The position numbers and the translations under genes are program-made. A stretch of DNA of 64,000 nt. Origin: Gordius albopunctatus. Lineage: Eukaryota. The stretch is taken from positions 10,850,001 to 10,914,000 of the forward strand of contig OZ193909.1 of NCBI GenBank assembly GCA_964276515.1, read 5' to 3'. The notes below the pieces were generated by a model. The model was not told where the DNA came from, made no database searches, and worked only from the letters and a program-made list of their open reading frames with translations. Of this stretch, positions 1 to 12,100 are shown one piece after another (positions within the stretch are counted from its first letter, which is position 1; each line of letters opens with the position of its first letter).

Positions 1-189
1 TTTCTTTAATTAGACATGGCAATTAAGCAATCAACATTAATGTTTAGACAAATATATAATTTGTTTACTTCTTTAAATTCATCAGAATAATGACCTAATA
101 AAGTCTTTTTATAATTATTTATAAATTATTACTACGAAAAAAGCAATAAATTGAATTAATCTTATTATCCTTTTAAATCGCGACTATAG

Positions 190-3100
190 TATAAAAAGGG
201 TGATTATTTTGTCTAGCGCTAATAATAATATAAAATGTAATACATGAGTATTTTATAATAAATTTTAAATAGTACTGAATGATGTTGGCAAACTTTAAAA
301 TGTCTTAAATATGTTCTGTAGCTAATTTCTTTTTTTGTTTAGTTAGTGAATTATGGAGCCTTTTACGATAAACACAATGAGTGGATCATATTAAAAAATA
401 CGTCTTATTTAGCCACATTTTTGGATTACAATTCTTGTCTCGAAGAATATCATTCTGATAACTTTTTTACCTTTAACAAGCGTATTCTATCAAGAAGCGT
501 ATTTATTACACTCCCGTAATACTTTTTTATAATTATTTTAATTTATGAATTTAGATTATTGAAGGAAATGGAATATAAACAAGTAATCCTTGCTTTGATC
601 AAATCATTCTTCAAAGCTATTGTTATGGAGCAAGATGTTCTTTCAAATAATATAACTCCTGAAGCATTTTTTGCATTCTGTTTCGATACAGTTGACAATG
701 TGAGTTACTCTAATATTGAATTTCCATCATTTTATATAAGAAATAGCCCGATCTACCTTTTTACAAAATATGTTTACATAATTTAAATAGAATTATTTTT
801 ATTAAAATTGTTATAATGGTAAGTCAAATTGTTCGAATAAAGTATAAGTCGAGTTTCCTTTAAAATACGATTATATATATTCATTTAAATTTGTGTATGT
901 TATAATTACCTTTATTTAAAGCCGTAACAATTCAGACATCAAAATCACAAATGTTTTAAACTATTGCATAAGAAAGTTTGCTTTGTTAATGGTCTCGTCG
1001 TTAATAAAATTATAAAATTTTCTTACTCTGACCATAAGTCTGTTAAATAAACTCAAAGATGTTCGGCGGTTCATTGTATAAGAAAGTTGGTTTTAATATA
1101 GACGACCATTAATAAAACCAATATTTTTATATTTTTATTTACTTTAAAAACACTTGATACTTGTGAAAGACTTCTAATTTAAAAAAATATTTTGTGATTT
1201 TGTACAATTAGTTATGGGCGTAGGGAGTATTTACATTAGAAATGAGGGTAGACTTGTTGATGATTTAGATAGGGGCTAAAGGATGATAGTCACTTGCAAT
1301 AAATGGGGTAGGCGAGGGAGGATTTTTTCGAATTTATATGGAAAATCTCAATAATAAATATATGACTAAGAAATAATGAATTATCTTAATTAATTTGAAT
1401 TAAATTTTATCTATTAATTATTTATGACTTTTATTTATAGAATTTAGTATACCTACTAGGGCCAGTTTAAAAATGAAAAGTTTAATTCTTAATTATTTCC
1501 CTGAAAAATTTATCTTTTAAAATAGAAGAGAATTTGTTTAATTCTAATAACACCGGCTACATAATAAATTTATAATTAATTTCATAGTAAAAGGTTCCAT
1601 AAAGGTTCTATTGATATAAATGTGATATCGATATGCTTGACTAGTTTTTCAAAAGTCAAGTATGTTCCACCCAGCAGCCAAAAATAATTTTTTTATCTAT
1701 TTTATTCGGATAGAGATGAATGTAAACTATATTTTGTTTTTAAGATAAGGAAACATCTAAGGGACAATGGCGACATAAAACAGAACGATGTTTTTGAGAT
1801 ATTAATCAATATAACTCAATCTACATTAAACCAATTAATTAAATTAATCCAGCCAATAAAGACAAAATTGAGCAATTTACTATTTTTGGAGCTCACCATA
1901 CAATTCCTTTTAATGCATGTTGCAAAATATTTTCCAAATGCATCGGATCAAAAAATGAGATCTGATATTGTCATTATTTGCGAAAATGTGTTTGGTATTC
2001 AACTCAAGAAAGGTAATTAGATAAATTATTTTTTTATTTTTTATTTAGAAAGGACATTTATTATATGTAACAATATTCCGGAAGCACAGACTTTTGATCA
2101 ATTTATTCAAAAAATTGAAGACGATGATATTTCGGATTTTATAGAGAAATTAAACATTGAAAATGGTAATAGTTGATATAAAATAAAAAAATATTTTTTA
2201 TGACCTTAAACAATCAGCTTTAAAATTGGGTAAGTGGGAAGGTTTGATTAAAAACTCTCACTACTTATTGGTTTTTTCCAGGGGCCTGATCTATTCATTT
2301 CTAAAATCCATAGTTTATTCTATTTAAGACCTTTGCGTCCACTTTATTTTAATCAAATATAAAAACTCATCTTTTAAATTCAAAGCTATTTAAATGAAAA
2401 GTTATGGAAATTTTTCATTATTTATATTTTATAGCCTTCCAATTAGGCGTTCGTTATTAACTAGTGATATATTACCAAAACGTATATAAAGTTTATATTT
2501 GTGCAATTTCAAAAGGATTGGTTAACGATAAAACCGCTTTAATGAAATGCCTCGAAATTTTTACACTATTTTCTTCACCCTTAATCGTGATTTACAATGA
2601 GTGTGGGAGCCATCTAACTGACTATTTGTCTATTGCTGCAAAAGTCCTTCACTTTAACCTACTTGAAATCCCGATATCAGAGACTCTCAATAAAAACATT
2701 ATACTCGATGAAATTATAAAGGTATTTTTCAAATCAATATGACCCATCTTTTTCTATGCATTTAGGCAATAACTGTTATTGCTAAAACGGCCATTCCATT
2801 AATACTTATAATTCATCAAATACACGTAGAAATTCATACAGACGTTTTGTTACATTTGAATAATTTTATAAATTACGGCTACTTATCATTGATGCTGGAA
2901 CAAAAAGAAACAAGCGACATCGAAAAAGACGAAATAAATTCTATCGTGAACGATTTTGGTAAAAGGGGGAATTTTTAAATGGATTAAGATTTAAATGCAA
3001 AACTAAAACATTCAACATTCACTATATAATAATTTAATTCAACTATAATATTTTCCACGATCTTTAGGTCATGATAACTTGATTCGAAAATTGCATGTGG

Positions 3101-6100
3101 TGGTTTTATGCAACAAGCTAGATGATTATCGCTTTATTAACGGAATTAAATACAAATATCCTAATCTTTATGAAAAGACAATCTTTTGGGACTTTGCTAC
3201 AATGTCAAAATCCCAATATAAAGAGGTATTAAAATAATTAAACCATATTATTTATTACTATTCCCTCAAAGTGTTTGCACAAAAATATTTTAATGCAATC
3301 GGAAGGAGAGAAGGATATATCGTTTACATTGGACAAAATTTGGAATTATTTCGAAACAACTTTTTTTGACGACAAAAATTATTTGAAAATTTCTTTGAAT
3401 CCTCAACTCTTTGAAACATTTATACAGAATCTATTTAAATATCATCATGGAATTCATACTATATATAAGGAAAAAATTGACCTCTTAAATGTACCATAAA
3501 TTTTATTAATTTAACATATAAAATATATATTTAATAGGATGGATGTGAAACATTGAAAGGTTTTAAAGATGACATTTTTAATAATAAGCAAGAAACAGAA
3601 GACAGTCTTAATCAAAATGTAGCCAATCGGAAATTGGCTAATGATCTTTTGAAACAAATCGAAGAAAGTGTTAAAGTAACAATATAATATAAACAAATTC
3701 CTAACTACATGACTGCCATTCATCCGGGGTGCTGCTTACCTTAATTATATAATAATTCCACTGAGGTTTAGGTTTATTTTATACTTGTTTTCCCACAGTG
3801 CTCTTATATTAAACAATACATGTAATGTTAAATCTAGATTTTAAATGGTTTACTAAATATAAACATGTCAAAGGCGGGAAAAGGTTAAAATTTTTCTCTG
3901 TTTTTTGTCGACAAAGCTCACATAAAGTTATTACGGTTTCTACAAAAAAATTTGGTACTTGGAGGCTTGTGTGTAGCGTTATCTTTTTTGGATCGGCCAA
4001 ATCAAAATAATGTTTTTAACTAATTATATTTGCGTCCATTTAATTCAGCTTAAAATACATTTTGAGATTATCTTAAAAATAATATGTTGTATGGCTTATT
4101 TAAAAACGATATATATAATTAGTTAAAAACATAATTTTAAATTCATTTTTTCTATATTTATTCATTTTATTAGGAGGAAAACATAAAAAAGCAAGAGCTT
4201 GTTCAAATGCAATCTAAGATAGAACTGCAATCACTAGAGCTTGAGAAGCAAAAAAGCTTATGCGCATCAAAAATTGAAAAAATTATGCCTTTAATTTTAG
4301 AAGCGAAATCTTCTGTATCAAACGTAAGAGAGGAAGATTTGTGTGAAATCCGGTCATTAAGAGCCCCTCCAGTAATCATACGCGACATTTTGGAAGCCGT
4401 TTTCAAACTTTTGGGCATCTATGATACTTCCTGGAATAATATAAAATCGTAAACTTATACATTACTCAAATATTTAAAAATGATTTCTAATATGCAACGA
4501 GTTTTGGAAAAATATATCATCACAATATTTTTAGAACTATTACATATCCTACCTTTTTTTTAATTGTTAAACAAAAAAAATTTAATTAGCGCTCATTTTT
4601 TTCCCAAAATAAGATTTTTCTTCCCCAGAAAAATTAGAGTGCTGCTGAATATGATTTACATTAATTGTAAAAACAATTAAAATACATAAACGATAAATGA
4701 TATATCTATGTTTTAATATCTATTTAAGTATTCTTTGTCTAATTTAAAATCGCTCTGCATGCACTAAATACTAATTAATTCATATTAAATCGAATTCCAG
4801 ACATCTATAGTATGTTGACTAATCCTGCTGCATTTACTCTCTTTATTCATTTGTAAAACGAGAAATTTCTAATTATAAAATAATCAAATGATTTTTTATT
4901 TAAATGATTAAGTTTAAAAACAATTATTTTAATATAACCATGTTTTAAGATACCTTTCTAAAAGAGGATTTAAAGATGAACTTTTGCATTTTGATGCCAG
5001 ATCAATTAAAGAACAAAATAAAAAACTTGTCACAGCATTAGTTAGCTCAAAAAAGGAATCATTCGAAGAAAAGGTAACTTTTATAACAAATCCATTTTGA
5101 TCTCTCTTTAGAATGCCTTTAGAGCATCAGTAATTGCTGGCCCACTAGCTCTATGGGTAAAAGCTAATTTAAATTATGCAGAAGTTTTGCAAAAAATTAT
5201 TCCATTGGAAAAAAAACTCAATAATCTTGAAAGGTAATTTAATTTTTAATCAAGTGAAAAAATTTGTCTCTATGTAAAATTACACATATAATTTATTTAG
5301 ACTCCGAATATTTGGCACCATGACTTAACTTATGACATGTTTTTGTAACATTTAATTTTATAATTAAGTTCGAAGTTGTGGGATTCTGTAATAAATAAAA
5401 GTTTTGTAATTATGCCCCATATTATTATTAAAAACGTTTAATGGAGCTTACAATTTGAACAATAACTCAATTTTAATTTATAAATATACAAAATTTTATT
5501 ATATTTACTTAAGTGAGTTACAAAGGAGTAAAGAAGAGATGTCTTTGATTTACCAAAATTTACAAACTAATGAACAGCAGTCTACACACAATAAAGAAAG
5601 ATACGAAGTGGTTGTTAAAGAATTGCAGGATTCTAATCTAATTATTTTGTCTGGTGAAGAAAAAAGCGAATATATCGAGACTATATTAAAGATGATTAAT
5701 CAACAACTATCCGTTTGGGAAAATAAAGTAACAATTCATATTTTAGCTGAAAGATTAGAATTCTTATTCTAATTTTACGAGAGCTTAATTTGCTTTGTTT
5801 AATAACTAAGTTAGGGGGCGTAGTCAAGGGGAGGCAGGGAAGGGTGGCTGGCCCCCTCTAAATCCAAAAATTTGTTGAAATTTATTAAAATTATGGGGCT
5901 AAAATTTCAAAAAATGATCATTTTGCCCCCCCCCCCCCCCAAATCATTATTGCCCCCCTCTAATTCAGATGCTGGCTACGCCCATGCAAAGTTATGTAAA
6001 AGGGAAAAGACTATCAATTATCATAATGGATTCTCTACCTTAAGTAAATAAAACTGGTAAATGTCTTCCTTTATTGAGCTTTAATGCGATTTTTTGAGAA

Positions 6101-9100
6101 ACTGACTAGAAATTGGAATCCTTCATATCAACACAGATTAAATGTGTAACAGTTGTAGGGTCGCAAAAATGTTTTTGAATGTTGGACTCTATTACTTTTT
6201 ATCGCTTTATATTGCTACAATAAATGTCGGATCAATTATCGACACAACAGCAGGAAATTGTTAAGGCGTGTCTTTATTGTGCCACTGAACTTTATTTTTT
6301 CTTAAATGGAATTAAATTTTATGTTTATTCAATCATTTTTGCGGCTTAATTTAATGACTGATGCGAAAATGGCTTGGCTATATTTAAAATTAGTTTAAAA
6401 AGTTTTTTGAAAAACTTTAAGAATTTATAGATAATATAATTCGCTCTATAAAAGCGATGGAGTTGAATTGATAAAATGCATTTTTTGTGTGATTTCATCT
6501 TCACTTTTTGTACTTGCTCGAAATATCACGTGCCATTTCCCTTTACTCATTTTATTAATCCAATCCCACCGCTTTTATACAGCGAATAATATTAAAATGT
6601 TCATAATAAAAGGTTTGTATAAATATATTTTTTACTATAAAACGGGCAATCATAAGCTTCAAGAATACGAAAATGGATTAGGGTCTCTTGAGGAGGATTC
6701 CTTTATAGCAACCTGCTATGTACTGGGCTTAGATCTAGAAGAATCAAATATATGGAAAAACAAGAATGTTGGAGGAAGGGCATATAAAAGTAATTTTTAA
6801 CCACTTTGCATTTAAACCTTAATGGTTAAATTAAGATAATATATGATTACCTCACACATTTTTGTCCCTGTCCTAACCGTTACATGCAATTAGTTACGTA
6901 GCATGTCATTGGCTCTAAAAATATAATCTGTATTTATAGCCAAAATAGTTGCATTTAAACCTTTTCAAACATTTTTTGCAACAAATTGATCTTTTTAAAT
7001 GAGATAATTTGGAAGTGTCGATAATACCTATAATTATATATATTGTGAGATATGGTTAATGATGGAGGAATATATTTTTGTGCATTTTTTCTTGTATTAT
7101 TTCAATTGCTATGCAATGCTGGTCAGCCCTCTTTAAATTATAAATGCCCTGCATTAGTTACGTCCTCTCCCTTAGTACTAGCGGTCGTGGGCCGCGTTCA
7201 CTTAACAGCGTGCTATCATTCCTTCAAATTTTCAACTTTTATACGCCTTTATTATCTTCCTACATAAATAAACCGTCATATCGCCGATAAGATAGGTGAG
7301 ATTTAAAAATAACCATTTAGATTTGTTTGTGCGCTGGGTATATGAAAATTAAAAATACAGTATCGCCCTTAAAGAAATATTTATATAAAATAATAGAATT
7401 TTATAATAGGGTAAGCATGGGAGTACCCAGGTTTTGAATTAGGGGGGGGGGCAGATTATTTTTAGCAACATTTTTTTGCTTGACCATTCAAAAATTTTCC
7501 TGCGACCAAAAAAAGAAAGAAACTCTGCTAATTAGCCATGGGGGGGGGGCAGGGAGGGCGGCTGCCCCTCTCTATATCCAAAAATTTGGTGAAATTTATT
7601 AAAATTATGGCCAAAAATTCAAAAAATGATTAGTTTGCCCCTATTTAATTCCAAGGCTGGCTACGCCCACGGCAATTAATGAATTGGCGTGTTGATTAAG
7701 AAGTGATATTTTTGTAGAAATGGAGTTTGAGTTCTACTAGTATTTTATAAATATCATACTTGGGCGAATAATCAATAGCTTTGTGTTTACTATAAAGAAA
7801 TAACAAATCGACCCTAAATAATAACAATTTAAAAATATTTTTTGTTTTCACTCACCCCCTCCCCTGAATTGCATAGCAATTAAATACTAATCCTCGCAGT
7901 TTAAAAGAGCCTAGATTTAACAAACAAAAAAACATCCGAGGTCCAATTACAAAGCCACATACGAGGTTTGAAAGACTGTTTTTATAAATTTAAAATCAAT
8001 TAAATATGAACATGAGAATGATTCTCAAAATACCGGGGTTAAATGTACATAAATATAATTTTTATACATATAATCAATATTTTAAATATACCGGTATTTA
8101 TATTTTAGCCATGTATAGCATATTCTCTGAGTTTTACGAGAAAAAATCAGCTTTGCCATGTATACTAGGACATAATATTTCTGAGCGATATCGGCTTAAT
8201 GCCGTTTTGACAGAAATGGTAAGGTGGTTGTTTAAATTTCTAAATTTTATTTTTTATTATATAGACACCCTTAATACCATTTGTGATTGATTCAGATTAT
8301 TATATAATAAATAATTATCAAATCTTGTTAAAAAATGAAAATGATATATGTTTATTCAATATCGAAGTAAGTTAAGTATCATTCAATAAAGAATAATAAA
8401 TTCTTAGGACCAAAAGTTTTTCCAAATCCTAGAAGTGGCCAAAAATTCGGATGCAAAAATTGTTATTTACAATATAAACAATTTTAACGCTCAGTTGGAA
8501 GGATTGTTAATAAAATTATATGAGATAAAACGTAAGATAATAAATGTTGTATTGTTTCTATGTTTCAAGGAGATATAGTTAAAACACACAATAAATACAA
8601 ATTTATTTCTTCCACTATCATGTTAATAACCAATAACAAAAACCTAGACATACCTAAAAATTTAAGATGCTTTACGGTGACCATCAATTATTCCTTTACC
8701 ACTGCAGAAGTGACAAATGAAGTATAGATAAAATTATGATTATCATCAATGTTTTTCAGATAACCAACATAATTTCAGAAGCCTTATATAAACTACGTCA
8801 CACCAAAGAAATATTTTTACATTGGGAAACAAACCACGAGATAAACTTAAAAATCCAGGTATATAATTATATTGACATTGTTGAAATATTTTTAAATTAG
8901 AAGCAATAAACCTAGCGAATATAATTAAATTTTAAATAAAATACAATAAAGGTGTTTTGTTTTCAACATATTAGGTTTCACCCATATATTTGTTCATAAA
9001 TTTTTTTTCTATATCCATTGTAAAATATCATCTTAAGTACGACCTTTGAAATCATGGGCGAAGCCAGGGGGTGAGTAAGGGATATCGGCCCAAAACCTTT

Positions 9101-12100
9101 TCTTATATATTTAATGATATTACGATTAATAATTTAATCCCTCCAGGGGGGGCAGGGAGGAGATTATCAAAATTGGAGCCAAAATTAAAAAAAGGATCAT
9201 TTTGCCCATCCCTAAATCATTATTGCCCCCCCCCCTCTAATTCTAATGCTGGCTTTGCCCATGTGTATTAGCTTATAAGACATTTGTTTGTTTCTTTAAT
9301 CATAGACAATTAAAAACAATAAGAAGAACATCTTTAATGCCGATTTCGTCTCTACCTTACAAGGTGTATTAGATGATGGAAATGAATCTGGCGATGGAAA
9401 TAATCAAAAACAAGATATGTTGAAAGAAGTAACATTTTTTTCTGCGCAATACATTACAATTCTCAAGATTCCTGAAAAATTTAAGGAATATATTGAGGAA
9501 TGTTCGAATATTTATTTCACTATTAAAACCTTCAGAGGTAGCTTGATGGTATACGAGTATAGCCGAAGTGAAATACTAAAAGCCTTAAAGAAATCAATCC
9601 ATTCAAGATTAGTACAAATGCCTATAGTTTTATTTTAAACAATATATTATTCACCAGATCAAACCTGTAGCTGAATGTCAAAACGTTATGTTACATATAA
9701 TTGGTGATATCATTGATGAATTCAACCCGACTTTATTTATCGAAGATCGACTATCATTTATACTAGCTCTCCTAACTTGTGTGGAAATTTCGAACAATGA
9801 AGATTTAACAAAATTGAAACAATTAATTTTGGATAAACGTACTTTAAAAGATTTCCCTTTAAAGAAAAATAGTTATAAGGTATAGTCATATAATATATGT
9901 ATTAGACTTGTTAAATAGGAAAAAATGGAGAAGATATTATCGCAATTTATACCAAAATTTAAAAGTATATAAGTTGTTTAGAAATATAGTATGTATATAT
10001 GTTTTCAGCTCAAACCAGCTCGTTGATCCAAAAACTAAATAACTTAAATAATAATCAATCTCCTGTTGTAATTTACTGCTCACAAAATAGGAGTTTGGAT
10101 GTTTTTGACATAATTCACATGCTTTTTTACAACTCTTTTGGTTCAAACTCGCAAGTCAAGGAATACAGTGAAAATTTAGCTATTTATAATGGCGTACCTC
10201 TGTTATTAAAAATTTCTATGCCCGATTTCAACATATTAACCTTATTAGAGACTATTAACACGAATACCAATTCTTCTTGCTGGATCTGTTTTACTAACAT
10301 TCACTGCCTCACAAGTGACTTAAGTTGGAGCATTTATAAAGTATTTTACAAATTGTTAGATTCAAAAATTTAATCATAAAGTTTATGACAAGCCAAGCAA
10401 ACGATAGCCATCGATTTTGGTTTATCGTTGAAATTGAAAGAAAACATCGGGCATCAATTAATATATCATTTCCAAACTATTTTAAGGACACCAAAATTGT
10501 ATATGATACCGATGATTATTATCATCTTGATGATGAATGCCAAATGCTATTGTTTGTAATAAAAAACAGACTTGCAGAAAAAAGCAATGATCTCGTCAAA
10601 ACCAACTATGCACTTGTTATGATAAGCGTCGTAGTGCATATACTTCTCAAGGATCGGATGAAATACTTGAACGTAATTTTATTATTTTATCGAAATATAA
10701 TAGAAAAAGATACGTTTTTTTTATTTATAATTAACAACAAGAGCTTTATATTGTGTTTTTAAATAGTTTATATAGTGGATAGTTTAGGGTCATATAGCGT
10801 ACTCAATTTAAATGTTTAATCAAAATTGGTCATATGTTCAATATACAAATTGTATGCACTAGGAATACCGAACATACAATATAATAATACGATGTATCTT
10901 TCGTTAATACAAATATTACATTTCTCCCTTTCTTAAAAGTTAAATTCATCGTGGAATCGTACCGGTGGTTTTAATATTTTTGTTGGACGTCGCAATATAT
11001 GGGGATTTTCAACTCCTTCTATGTTTTGTTCCAAACCTGTTGTCGCAGTCTCTAAACTTGGCATAAACTGTGATCGCAGCCTAAGCTTCATTTGATCAGC
11101 ATGTTTTATTTTGATTCCACCGTCTGTCCGGATATTATAGGAATAGTGGCCCTTCCGTTCTCCAATAATACCTTTGTACCATTCCGGCTTCATTTCGTTG
11201 CGAATCCATACTGGATCTCCAACCTCAAATTCTCTATAACATACATTCTGATCATGATATGTTTTCTGCTTCCATATCTTCTCCCTTATTACGTTTCTTA
11301 AATCCGGCTTTATTAAATCCAGTGCGGTTTGTAATCTCCTTCCTAAAAGTAATTCGGATGGGGTTTTTCCCGTCGTCGCTTGAGGAGAGTTTCTGTAACT
11401 TATCAAGACCTGTTGGAGACAAAGTTCTTTGTTCCAAGTCTGTTTTCTCGCCGCATAATATCTTGTTTTTAACGTCCTTATCATCCTTTCGGCCTGCCCA
11501 TTGGTTTTAGGATGAAATGGAGTCGATTTTATGTGAGTAATATTATTTGAAACACAGAATTTGGAAAATTCTTGTCCAGCAAATTGTGGCCCATTGTCTG
11601 ACACAATCTGCGTCGGGATTCCAAATCTACAGAACCAATTCCATAGATGATTGATTACGACCGATGTTGTTGTCGAAGTTACCGTTGCTACCTCAACCCA
11701 TTTCGAGAAAGAGTCTATTAGTACCAACCACCATTTTCCTTCTATTGGACCCGCTATATCAATGTGCACACGGTCCCACACACGATCAGGTAAATTCCAA
11801 GGATAGAGCGGTACCTGCTTTTCTGAAGGTCGCACTTCTTGACATCCTTCGCATGATTTTACATGTCTGTCAATGTCTTCATCCATTCTCGGCCAATAAA
11901 CATAATAGCGACAAACACTTCGCATCCCCGTAATTCCTGGATGTCCTTGATGTAAAATCCTAAGAACCAAATTCTGTAAAGATTTTGGAATGATCAACCT
12001 ATTTCCTAAGAATAATAGTCCACTCTCGTACGAAATCTCTTCACGTTTATTGAAATATCCTTTTATGTCTAACTGAAATCTGGACATGTCTATGCGCCAA

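Noticed and set aside
559..10762. Short plus-strand ORFs as separate genes
   Set aside because: They are dynein exons with intron read-through, or MITE-derived.
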